Part shown: positions 31,201-41,355 of the stretch, in pieces | How the letters are laid out: each line of letters opens with the position of its first letter | Numbering within the stretch: position 1 is the stretch's first letter | NCBI GenBank assembly: GCA_019828565.1 | Contig: JAHDYR010000005.1 | Coordinates: forward strand, 1,776,871 to 1,840,870 | DNA from: Carpediemonas membranifera BICM | Lineage: Eukaryota > Protista > Fornicata | Direction of reading: 5' to 3' | Length of the DNA stretch: 64,000 bases | Notes under the pieces: generated by a model | Seen by the model: the letters and a program-made list of their open reading frames with translations, nothing else | The model's database searches: none | What the model was told of the DNA's origin: nothing | Translations under genes and position numbers: made by a program

Positions 31201-32334
31201 TTGCTCTATCTGATCTGAAGTTACATCGAAGGTGCACCAAAGGATGTTCTCGCTGGCGCTCTTATCTCGGTGAGACAGATTGAGAAGCATGTCTCTCTGT
31301 TCGGGATGCCGCCGTAGCCGTTCAACGGGCCATGGAGCTCCCTCGCACGCGGGATTCTGGCAGAGCGTGGTGCGGTGTGTGTGCACCACACGTCTGAAGT
31401 GTGCTTTGCAGTATGGGCACACGATGGAAGTGCGGAATTCGGAGACCATCGTGACAGTCACGACGACGTTGTGCCGGAGCATGATGCCAGGAAGAGCTCG
31501 AGCAAAGTGGCGGTACGGAGCACACGAGGGAGTGCCGGCGGAATCAAACAGTGCAGCCCCATACGCGACTTCGAGATGACTGGGCTCCGGGGGGCTCCCG
31601 CCGAGATCATCCAGGAGTTGACGTCCAGCCCGGGCGAAGTGCTTCTGGCGCAGACGGTGATTGGCAAAACTCGCACGGCGGATACACTTTCTCGTCCCCT
31701 CGTTGATGATCTGAACGATGTTCTCATGGACAAACCTAATCGACTGTTTGAGAGCCTCTAGACTTGTCGTTTTGAACGATGCTGCGCTCATATTCACGCG
31801 GAAAGAGGGGGTGGCAGTGTAGCCACACTTAGCGAGTACGCCAGATACACTCTGTCCGTCTGGGCGGCGGATCGTGTAGCCGCCCAGCGACCGAGCACCA
31901 GGGTCGAAGCCCATGAGAGCTTGAATGTCCGGGGCAGGAGTAGCCTCGGCGTCATCCTGACCGAGCCGAGCCCGCTTGTTATTGCTACCCTTTTTGAAGG
32001 CTTCCCTGAAGTCCTGGACGAGTGGGGTTATGTCAGGGTCCCTCCACATCGCCAGGTCGCCGATCCACCTGCACCGATCCGCTGCCTTTGCCTTCGACAC
32101 CTTTTGCTGAGCAATGCTGACGATCTGCGCGAGGGCCTCCTGGTCGAACAGGTTGACCGTCCTCGGTGGGGTCAACGCGTGCGCAGATGCAGAGACGCAC
32201 GCAAGCAGGCAAGTGAATGTGTACTTAGCCTGCGTGAAAGAACGCATGCCCGGTTCAAGATTTCCTCGCCGCGGCGCGTTGTTATCCCCTCCACCGTTAA
32301 TCTCGCCAATGGCCTTGTTAACGGAAGCCTTCAC
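31150..32334 (-). CDS. Fanzor (eukaryotic TnpB-like RuvC RNA-guided endonuclease), N-terminus uncertain
   Basis: RuvC-I GFDPG; VAYG..F; RuvC-II VSEFRTS..CPYC; zinc-finger second half CQNPAC; RuvC-III HRDKSASENI. Confidence 0.85.
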   Translation of the reverse strand: MKASVNKAIGEINGGGDNNAPRRGNLEPGMRSFTQAKYTFTCLLACVSASAHALTPPRTVNLFDQEALAQIVSIAQQKVSKAKAADRCRWIGDLAMWRDPDITPLVQDFREAFKKGSNNKRARLGQDDAEATPAPDIQALMGFDPGARSLGGYTIRRPDGQSVSGVLAKCGYTATPSFRVNMSAASFKTTSLEALKQSIRFVHENIVQIINEGTRKCIRRASFANHRLRQKHFARAGRQLLDDLGGSPPEPSHLEVAYGAALFDSAGTPSCAPYRHFARALPGIMLRHNVVVTVTMVSEFRTSIVCPYCKAHFRRVVHTHRTTLCQNPACEGAPWPVERLRRHPEQRDMLLNLSHRDKSASENILWCTFDVTSDQIEQSPFHYDSQRGALPRYH

Positions 32335-32941
32335 CGTGTATATCTTGGAAGGCGTTGGAGTTTATTGAGCTGCCTGCATCGATCATTTCTTTTCAGGGTT
32401 CATCAGCTGGCAGCATCCCTCAAAACACAAGAAACCAGCATCATACAACACAGAGCGTCTTTACTACCAGCTACAACCGCTTTCCACCACTAGTGTCTCT
32501 CACAACAGACGAAGATGACGAAGACGACACGAGCTTCAGACGCCGGCAATGGACGACAGATGAGCGCGTAACAGACGAGCACAGACGCGAAAGAAGACAG
32601 CAGCGTTCGACACAGACGATGGACGACGCATCTTTTCGTGCAGACCGACGACTGAAAGCACGAAAGCGATAAAGACCCTTAAAGTGCACAAGAGGTCAGG
32701 CCGCATTGAGGGCGTTTTGAGGCTGTAGCAGCTGTTGCCAATCGGTTCCCTCAGCGGCATGCTCATGATTTTCGGACTACTCACACTACAGTCACGACGC
32801 ACAATATGACGCATGAAAAATCAGACGCAACCATACAGTGCGCTGGATAGGATGGGCTGAGTGAGCAACCTCCTCGCTCTCGCGGCGGCGTCAGGTCGGC
32901 TGAAGAATTTTGCGCATAAGCAACCAAACCGACACAAACTT

Positions 32942-34496
32942 CATGAGAATCGCGCTGGAAGGGAATAGGGTAAACCAGGCGACTCTCGTGGCACTAGGAA
33001 AGCTGAATGATAAGGATACGCTCCAGAACGGTGCTTCCGAGCTCGACGCGATCATCCGCCGTCTCTCAGTCGAAACCATCCCCGTATTCCTCGCTGCCAT
33101 GTACGAAACAAACAAAACGTTCCCAATATCATCCCGTCGGGAGGTTTTGAAGGCGATTGGGATCCTTGCGGAGACACACCGGGACAATGCATACTCCGAC
33201 CTGTCCAAAATCATCCAGTACGTCAACAGACGCCTGAAGGACTCCGAGAGCCTGCTGAATCCAGTATGCGCGCACACATGTGGCCTTCTATCGCGCCACA
33301 TCTTTGCTCCTTGCCCACTCGCCCGACCCAGCGGCCTCGCAGTCTTCTTCAGGCCACTGCTTCAAACTATGGCGGTGCAGGACGTTACCATACAGCAGGG
33401 GGCATGCTTGTGCCTCAGTGCGGTGATCGAGTCGGCCCCCGCACATGCTGGGCCTGAGATTGACAAGCTCGTCGGCCGTTTGTTCGAAAGACTCACCTCG
33501 CCCTCGTGTCTCGCGCCAGAGAGCATACTGGACTGCATCACCACGTGTGTCACTGCATGTTCATCGCACATTATTCCATTGGTGGCTGATATTGTCAGAT
33601 TTGCTACAGAACGGCTCAACCACGATTCTTGGAAGGTCAAGGTGTCCGCGGCTAAGTGCCTCACCGCGCTGGCAGGCCTGGGCGCTGAAGTTGATGATCT
33701 CAGGGACGATATCGTGGCCATGATTGAGTTTTTCAGATTTGATCGGATTAAGCCCGTCAGGGCAGCGCTGGTCGTCGCTCTCAAGGCCTGGAAGGGCGAG
33801 GACGAAGACACAGACAACGAGGCCGAGCCTATGTGTGTATCTGATCTGTCGCTCAGCCCACGCAGGTCGATGTCAACACCGAGGCTGCGCGCTGACACAA
33901 AGGCAACCCAAGGGGCAGATTCACCGAAGGCGGTCGCCGAGTCGACGGAGGATCCGGACGCCAGCATGATTCCGGCACCAACTCCGGTAGCCAGAGACGT
34001 TCCGGCAACTGTCTCAGAGCTTGCAGTCACGGATGGTCAAAATGACTCAGTCCGGGTCGATGCGGGTCTGGTGACTCGACTCAGAGATCAAGTCGCTTCC
34101 CTCCAGGGCCGCATAGACGCCCTCGAGAGCCCTGTGCCTCCACCACCCAAGAGTGTGGCCGACGATGTTGGCATGCAGAGACGGTTGCACCAGCCCTCTT
34201 CGCTAGCCCAGGAAGCTGGGCCGACCCGCTGGACCGAGCGAGACCTGCTGACCCTCACTCCGAACCTGGCGGCTCTGCCCACCGATGACCTCGCGTCGTG
34301 TCTCACCGCCGTCTGCGACAGCTGGCGACCTTGGGACCCAGTTCCTTCCCTGGTCTGGATGAAGCAGCTCGCTGGACTACGGCGGCCGGTGGCTGCGGCG
34401 CTGGTGAGGCGGGTCTGCGTGTGTCTGGAGCAGATTGTCGGGAACGACGATGACGTGGCGCATGAGGCCGGTGAGCTTCTGATGAAGATCAGATGA
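32942..34496 (+). CDS. TORTIFOLIA1/SPIRAL2-like HEAT-repeat microtubule-associated protein
   Basis: LGKLNDKDT...ELD.II..L, RLKDSES, DSWKVK..A, RFDRIKPVR, followed by a coiled coil. Confidence 0.8.
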
Positions 34497-34612
34497 TCTA
34501 GATTCCCTCAATCGGCCCAATACTCAGAAATAAAGCGCTAAGCTGCTGCTAAGTAATGCTCATAACAAAAATACAGATGCGGTTTATTTCTTTTCATACA
34601 AAAGTCCCCTCT

Positions 34613-36545
34613 TCAAATGTGCATGTTTCGACCAGCACTAAGCGGCCTCGACGACAGCGACGTACTCCTGACTAGCGTCGGGCTGGGCGAGTACCGAGAC
34701 CGCGAGTCCCGACTGCCCCGAGTGAGAGTCAAAGTCTGCGCCAATAAGGAGTTGCCCTGCATCTCCGAGGCTGCCCTGACAGAGAGGGACCGGGAGAGGT
34801 TGTTGGGGACCGATGGCGTTGTGCGGACAGGTCGACCTGCTGAGGCGGGGCGGTTGGCACCAGTACGGACGCCGGACCAGCCAGAATCCTGGCCAACACC
34901 GCGTCCGTAGGCACCAAGGGCAGAGGACGGCCGGTTGGGGGGCAGCCGGCCTGTAGACGCTGGCCTGGCCGAGCTGGCCACCCGACTTGACGGGACCGGG
35001 GCCACGCGGTCCGAATGTTCACGGTGATGTGCTCCCGCCCGGGCCGCCGAGGCCTGTCTGTCCGATCGTACGCCGTGCTGGGCGATCACGGGGTTCGTAC
35101 GGGCCATGCGGGGCACGGCAGAGCGGACGGACTGGTGGTCGTCACGGCGGGAACTGACCAGCACGGGGCGGGCCGTCTGGGAGAGAATAGACGACCGCGC
35201 AGGCCTCTGCTGGGCATAAACCGAGTGCGGCTGGGGCTGCGGGTCGCGTGTGACACGGCTGGGCTCTTCGTTCCGTAGTTCATGTCCAGAGCCAGACCCG
35301 CTTGCCCCGGAGCTTCCAGCGACAGACTTCTGGAGACCCGTCCTTCGGGGCGGTGTGGGGGGACGGTACCTGCTGCCTGTGGCCCTGCGACGTACGGTGA
35401 CGGTGGGTCTCTGTGTCGACGAGGCAGCTGCTGCTGAGGATGCTGGCGCCCTGAGATTATCTCGGGACTGGGAAGGCGAGGGCGGCCTCATCGAGCTCGA
35501 CATCGGCCTGGTTGCAGTCTGCCTGCTGTCGGTAGACGCAGTGGAGGCGGTAGGCCTGGCGTTGCTTGGTCTCGACGCGCTAGTAGGTCTCGACGATGAC
35601 ATCCCAGCCCGCACCGGCTGGGTTCGAGGCTGTGCAGCTTCCTCGGCGGGCTTCATGCCCATGTGTCCCTCGGGGCGTGCCGCGAGCACCGGCACGGGCG
35701 GCGGCGTCTTGGATCTGGGCGGCGCGTCTCTTTCGGGCGAGGGAACACGGGCTGGGGCCAGACTGAAGTCGACCTCGACTGGGTCCGACACAGCCGGTAC
35801 GAAGGAGCGGTAGGACGGGGTTGGGGGCCGGATCAGCGTGCCCCGCTTGTTGTTCGTATCAATCCATTGTAGCCGTTGCCCGCTTGACTTTTTGCGGGCC
35901 AGTGCCGCGGGCTTGGGCTGCGCGTACACGGCGTTGAGGAACGTGTTCCTGTGGAGATCCTCCTCGGCGCACAGCCTGAGATGGGAGATGTTCGGGGCGA
36001 ATATGTCTCTGAACTCGCCCCTTGCCTTACGGAGCCGGCCGGCCCACTCGATCAGCTGGCGCACAAAGGCGTTCCTTGGGTTGCACGAGAACCTTTTGGT
36101 AGCAACAAACTGCAGTGCGCGCTGGGGCGGCCAGTGGAATCTGAACACCAGGTATGCCGCAAAGACAATGACTGCGCGGGATGAACCATCGAAGGAATGG
36201 ATGAGCAGACACTGGTCAGACTCGAGGGATTCCTCGATGAACCGGATGATCTTGAGCATGGCTACGTCCTGTGTGAGAAGGGGGCGTTATACGTACGTTG
36301 TCGTCGAAAATTACTGTTCGGTCGTCTTCGGGCCAATTGAAAGAGAGATACTTCACGCCGTTGCCTTCAAAACAGTTTCGCACTTGTCCTGCAGCACAAT
36401 TGATCACCCTCGTTACTCCATTGCTGAAAATAAAGTCTTCGTCTTCTGCTGCAAGGATGGAGCCCACAAAGATAGTGTCCATCATTCGGTTCGCTATAAA
36501 CTGGACCACTTGTGATGTGACTTGTTGTCCAGTAACGCCCGACAT
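34613..36545 (-). CDS. Dual-specificity phosphatase-like protein (C-to-S pseudophosphatase), 2 exons (intron 36269-36296)
   Basis: IFVGS..AA.D, GVTRVINCA, LLIHSFDGSSRA, PRNAFVRQL. Long S/R/P-rich tail. Confidence 0.82.
36269..36296 (-). other. 28-nt spliceosomal intron
   Basis: GTACGTATAACGCCCCCTTCTCACACAG; removal joins ...FDDN to DVAMLKII in frame. Confidence 0.85.
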
Positions 36546-36920
36546 TGAAATAAGGGACCTTTTCGGGCGGAAAGTTTCGGCCTAAACAGCCCACTCAAAA
36601 ATCCAATCTGATTACCCTCCGACCACGGTCAAAGCGTCGACTAGCTGATCCGATGGCTTAGCTGACACCCATCACGGGCGCAGATCCCAAAGTTCTCTCA
36701 CACTTTTGAGAATTGGTGTTGGCAACGACGTCTCCCTGTAAGGGGTGCACGAGGTCTGCAAGCCGTTAGATGGCGACGTAATGTCCACAAAGCTCAAATA
36801 AGTCAAGTATATGCACTGACTGTTTCGCCCAAAACTGCGCGAATGCTGCTTACAAGATGACTTGACAAAAGAAAACACAACCACCCGCCAAATACCGCCA
36901 CTAGTCAAAGAATTTACATC

Positions 36921-39578
36921 TCACAGCCCGTCGAAGTCGTCGGCCTCGGTCTGCCCGAACCCGGCAGTCTCCCACGTTGCCCCCTCGTCGTCCTCGTCCT
37001 CGGCATCATCATCGTCCATCATAAACCTCGAGTCGAACGCCTCACTACCTGGTGTGAAGTTGAAGGCTGCCGTGGCTGGTGTGAGTGGCGCCTCCTCGAT
37101 GGGGACCTCGTCCGGTCTCGAAGGCAGACCATAGCCCGTCGGCCCGTAGCCGTCCATGCCGTAGTTCATACGGATCTCGTTCTCCGTGAAACAGAATGAC
37201 TTGGGTACCGTGGTCGTCTGCAGGGCGAAGTTCGGGTCTGCACGTTCGAGGGTCACGCCAAAGTGCTGGTTGTCCGCCGTAACGTGGGTAATCTTGGCCT
37301 TCTGGTTCTTAAAGTCATGGAACTTCTTGCGGAGCGCCTTCTTCTTCTCCTTACCCATAGTCGGGGGGAAATTGAATCTGATTGTGACGATCTTTCCGAT
37401 CATGTTGTTCTGTCGTGCAACTCTCACACTCCTCTCAGGGGCCATGGTGTGCGCCTCCCGCTCGATCTTGGGGTTCTTCGACGTCAGCACGCTGCCGGGG
37501 AGAGCGGCGTAACCCTCCGCGAGATGGTCGTCGCTCCACCTGACAAAAGCGGTCCTATTGAATATCTGCACGATCTGGGCGGTCCTACCCTCGAACTGGC
37601 CGCTGATCACGGAAACCTGGTCGTTCACTCGGAGTCGGCGGCCGGGGGCCACGCCGTCATCGATGGTGGCCAAGTTAGTCTTGAGCACGCGGTTGCCGAG
37701 CTGGCCGAACGACACAGTGCTCGTCTTGTTGAAGGCGTTCAGGACAGTATACTGCTCCCCCTGCTTGCCCGTTACCATTACCACCTGGTTGTCTCCACCA
37801 AACAGCAGACGAACGAGGTCCTGCTTGCGGATGCCCTGGTTCTCCTGGCTGCCAACCACCGCGAAGCCCGCAGTGATGTCGTTGATCGAGTATACCTCGG
37901 TGGCGTGTTCGGTGCCGTGGATGAGCACCTTGGCGCGCCTGCCAGACTCAAGGAGGTCTGTCACGACACCGCGTGCACCCTTGTGGTCGCCAGTCATAAT
38001 TGTTACAGTTTGGCCAACGTCGAACACCTTGACAACCTGCGAGAGTCTGAACGGCATGTCTTCGTATATCTTCTCGCCGTCAATATCCATCTCGACCGTC
38101 ACTGTCACGTCATCTCCAACAATCGCCTTGATCTTCCCCAACCAAGTGATGTCCTCTTCGCCGTCCTGGCAACAAACACTGTCACCCACCGCAATATTGG
38201 GGACGGCGGTGATCTTGTCGATGCCCTCCTGGAGCTCGATGTCATGGGTACCTTTCTGGAACAACTCAACCGTCCTGATGTCTGGCTTGACGTTGGAGGT
38301 CGAGAGGGTGGTGAGCTTGAGGTTCTTGATGAGGAAGCCCTCCGTGGTAAAAGTCAGTCGGGTGTGCCCGTCGGCGCTGGCGGGAACATCGATGGTCCCG
38401 TCCTCGTTATCATGCGCGTCCTCGGCGAAGATCCGTTTCAGCTCCTTGGCGGGCCATAGTCTCGGCTCGAGGGGGTCGGCGCCCCCCTTTGCGTTCATGT
38501 AGCCCTCGGGGCTGTGGGACACGCGGGGGATGAGACGGACGAGGACGTTGCCTCCTTCGTAGTCGGGTTCGTCGAAGATCTGCGCGTAGTCGTTGCGGTA
38601 GATGCCCGAGCTGACGCGGGCCATCGAACCACGCACCAGGCGGAGCTTCTGGCTCTCAATCAGCACTGTAGAGGATACAGTAGACGCCTTGACCAGCATG
38701 GGCCTGATCCCACCGCTCTGTCTCGACGTCCGGGTCACACCGGTGTCGTACGCTGAGAAATGGTCCCAGACGTCCATGTGCTTCATCAGATTCTCCACTG
38801 CGAGCTTGTCCCACGCCTCAATGAAGATCTGGGGCGATCTGTCACCGGGGATGTAGGCGGAGATGATCTCGATGTTCTCGAGCTTGCGGAGCTCGGCGCT
38901 GGGCAGGCCGCCACGCTTTTGCTCGAGGTAGTAGGCCCGAAGGTCGAATGCGATCTGCAGGATGAGCTGCAGGACGTTCTCAGCGGCCCTCTTGCTCTGG
39001 CTCTTGAGGAACAGAGCGTACACCTTCTTCCCCTGACGGGGGTCGAACGCAGGGACGGTGCGCTCCCGGGGACGTGCATGGAAGCCTGACCTCTCGGCCT
39101 CCTCGCGAAGTCTGGCGCGCTCCAGCATGCGCTCGTGCAGGTCATCCTCGTCCATGGCGAACATCTCTCGGAATTCATCCACACCGCGCTTCTCAGGGCG
39201 GGAGTCGTCCTCAGGAGCCTTGCGCTTCGTCGCACGGGCACGATCAACGGTGCGGTATACATCCGCATCCGCATCGGCCTCGTCGTCGTCCTCATCGTTG
39301 ATAAGGCCTTCAACTTCGCTCTCGTCTTCGTCCTCCTCCTCCTCTTCCGACAATACGTCTTCATCCTCGGCTATATCCTCGAAATCTCTGGCGCGGAACA
39401 TTGCACGGCGCTCCTTCTCCATCTTCGAGCTGGGCTTGCTGAAATCCGTGTGCCTAAAACTGCTCCGACCCAAGCGTGCGGCGACGAGACTCGCATGAAG
39501 CCCACGTTGTTCTACCGGGACGCTTTCCCAGTGCACCTGCTCACTCATTGATTGCCGCTCGTCTTTGTTGGCACGCAT
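36921..39578 (-). CDS. SPT5: Transcription elongation factor Spt5
   Basis: Acidic N-terminus, NGN domain (IFIEA), multiple KOW motifs (GIYRNDYAQI..VRLIPR; FDVGQTVTIMTGDHKGARG; NDQVSVISGQFEGR). Confidence 0.9.
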   Translation of the reverse strand: MRANKDERQSMSEQVHWESVPVEQRGLHASLVAARLGRSSFRHTDFSKPSSKMEKERRAMFRARDFEDIAEDEDVLSEEEEEDEDESEVEGLINDEDDDEADADADVYRTVDRARATKRKAPEDDSRPEKRGVDEFREMFAMDEDDLHERMLERARLREEAERSGFHARPRERTVPAFDPRQGKKVYALFLKSQSKRAAENVLQLILQIAFDLRAYYLEQKRGGLPSAELRKLENIEIISAYIPGDRSPQIFIEAWDKLAVENLMKHMDVWDHFSAYDTGVTRTSRQSGGIRPMLVKASTVSSTVLIESQKLRLVRGSMARVSSGIYRNDYAQIFDEPDYEGGNVLVRLIPRVSHSPEGYMNAKGGADPLEPRLWPAKELKRIFAEDAHDNEDGTIDVPASADGHTRLTFTTEGFLIKNLKLTTLSTSNVKPDIRTVELFQKGTHDIELQEGIDKITAVPNIAVGDSVCCQDGEEDITWLGKIKAIVGDDVTVTVEMDIDGEKIYEDMPFRLSQVVKVFDVGQTVTIMTGDHKGARGVVTDLLESGRRAKVLIHGTEHATEVYSINDITAGFAVVGSQENQGIRKQDLVRLLFGGDNQVVMVTGKQGEQYTVLNAFNKTSTVSFGQLGNRVLKTNLATIDDGVAPGRRLRVNDQVSVISGQFEGRTAQIVQIFNRTAFVRWSDDHLAEGYAALPGSVLTSKNPKIEREAHTMAPERSVRVARQNNMIGKIVTIRFNFPPTMGKEKKKALRKKFHDFKNQKAKITHVTADNQHFGVTLERADPNFALQTTTVPKSFCFTENEIRMNYGMDGYGPTGYGLPSRPDEVPIEEAPLTPATAAFNFTPGSEAFDSRFMMDDDDAEDEDDEGATWETAGFGQTEADDFDGL

Positions 39579-39737
39579 GTCACGACGAGAGTTCAGGACA
39601 AAGTCATTGCTTGGTAGCCCTCATAGCAGTCAGAGAATGCCCAGGCATGGCAGCTGCCCAGACCAGAGCCGACTCGGCTGACTTTTCCAGGCAACTTCAC
39701 AACGGCGATCTTCAGAAACGAAGTCTGAAACTGATCG

Positions 39738-40442
39738 ATGGAAGCAATGTCGCCTGTTGAGAGACTGCAACAAGCTTCCACGATGTTTGATAGCCTTATC
39801 GGGAAATATCAGTCGAGATACAGCGAGATCGGCACGCCAACGGGGCCAATGGCCCCGAGGACTCGTTCTCCGCCCCGTTCCCGGCCTGTTCCAATTCAAA
39901 CAACTCCACCAAAGTCCCCTTTATCAAGTTTCTCACTAACACTCCCCGAATCGTCCTTAAAGTCGCACCGTTCAAACGAAAACACCCTTGAACGCTCCAA
40001 CATGTACCTTCGCGCCTCTCTCCGCTCCCCACCACGAAAGCCCGCATGCCCACTGCGCCGTCCCCCGTCTCCACCGCCTGTCCTGGACCTCCATGGGAGT
40101 TTCCCCTGTGAGGTCAGGCCTCCCGCCCGAGCTCCGCCAGAGGTTCCCGTGGATCACTTCGACTTCAGCCAGAGTCTCCGGTCACGGTCGACGGCTGCGT
40201 TCTCAGTCTCGGTGGGCTCCCCGACGCTCGAGAGATCGATGCCCATGCCCTCACCATTCACACCGAGGTCCGCGGATCTCGCCCGATCACCCCATCTTCG
40301 GTTCAAGGTAGGCGCACCAATACAGGGCAAGCCGCGCGGCACCGCAGAGTCGGGTCTGAGCACGTTTTCCCTGACTGCTGTGGTGCCCCCTGACCGGCCT
40401 GCTCGGAACCCCTTCGCTCCGTACTCGGCGCCATGGAAATAG
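39738..40442 (+). CDS. Hypothetical S/P-rich protein
   Basis: 234-codon ORF; low complexity. Confidence 0.5.
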   Translation: MEAMSPVERLQQASTMFDSLIGKYQSRYSEIGTPTGPMAPRTRSPPRSRPVPIQTTPPKSPLSSFSLTLPESSLKSHRSNENTLERSNMYLRASLRSPPRKPACPLRRPPSPPPVLDLHGSFPCEVRPPARAPPEVPVDHFDFSQSLRSRSTAAFSVSVGSPTLERSMPMPSPFTPRSADLARSPHLRFKVGAPIQGKPRGTAESGLSTFSLTAVVPPDRPARNPFAPYSAPWK

Positions 40443-40524
40443 ATATATGGGTGCTATGTAACAGATAAATACTCGCTAGATCGCCACTGTCTTTACTACC
40501 AACACAGCTCTCATCAGCACTGCA

Positions 40525-41094
40525 CTATTCAGTCTTCTTCTTGGGAGCCAGTCTGCCCAAGACGTCCCGGACCCTGATGGCAAGGTCCACAGCGTCCAGC
40601 TCGCCCTCAGGGGAGAATAGCTCGGTGATATCAAGCACGAGCTCTTCAGCAGGAAGTTTGTTGTGGCTGAATTGGAGCGTCAGCAGCGTTGACGTCTTGG
40701 GGAAGGCGTAGGTGACCTTGAGGCGCTCAGAGCCACGTCTGGCGGAGACTACGTGTTTCCTGTGAAGCCATTCGTATGCCCACAGCGCTCCATCAGCGAT
40801 GAAGTACACGATGACGCAAGCGATAAGAATGGGTCTGTTAGCGGGGTATGGGAGCGTCTTAAAGCGGTAGAAGTGAGCAGCTGTCGCAAGAACGCATATA
40901 GCGCCCAGAATAAACCTAATGGCGCTTACTCTGTTTTGGACAACCCATTTGGCGTCCTTTCGCTTCTTACCCATAGAGTTCTCGATGATAGAAGTAACCT
41001 CGGACAAGATAGCCTCGCCAAGGGCATCATGATGCGACAAATTCACTTTCTCTGTGTTAGTTACAGGCCAAGATCACGAACTGTCCTTCGCCAT
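40525..41094 (-). CDS. SPCS2: Signal peptidase complex subunit 2 (SPC25), 2 exons (intron 41052-41081)
   Basis: Two TM helices (RFILGAICV..; PILIACVIVYFI) and ITELFSPEGEL. Spliced start is MAKDKKVNL. Confidence 0.78.
41052..41081 (-). other. 30-nt spliceosomal intron
   Basis: GTTCGTGATCTTGGCCTGTAACTAACACAG with canonical ACTAAC branch point; splicing supplies the missing ATG. Confidence 0.85.
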
Positions 41095-41355
41095 CGTATG
41101 TCGTTGTCAAAAGTGCGTCAGTACCACCTCACCAATAGCGGTGTGAGAAGACAGGTGGGCTGCTCGGGCGCGTATTCGACCGGTTCATACAAGGGGGCTG
41201 GGGCGATTGGCTCGGACCCGTCTTTTGGCGTACAGAAATATGGGAATAGTTAGGCTAACCCCATTGTCTGTATTACACACCGGAACCATGTATTAGCGCT
41301 CCACACGCCACAAAATGCCGTGCCGCAGTTTAAGGCTCAGCGTTTGTTCCCGAGC

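Noticed and set aside
31090-32880. Terminal inverted repeats or Helitron ends around the Fanzor gene
   Set aside because: Only a weak partial match was found (CGCACGATTGA vs CGCACAATATGA), with no TSD or CTAG end, so it is not supportable.
37186-39551. Long antisense ORFs (e.g. 398 aa and 314 aa) opposite Spt5 and other genes
   Set aside because: These are expected shadow ORFs from GC-rich codon bias and show no motifs.
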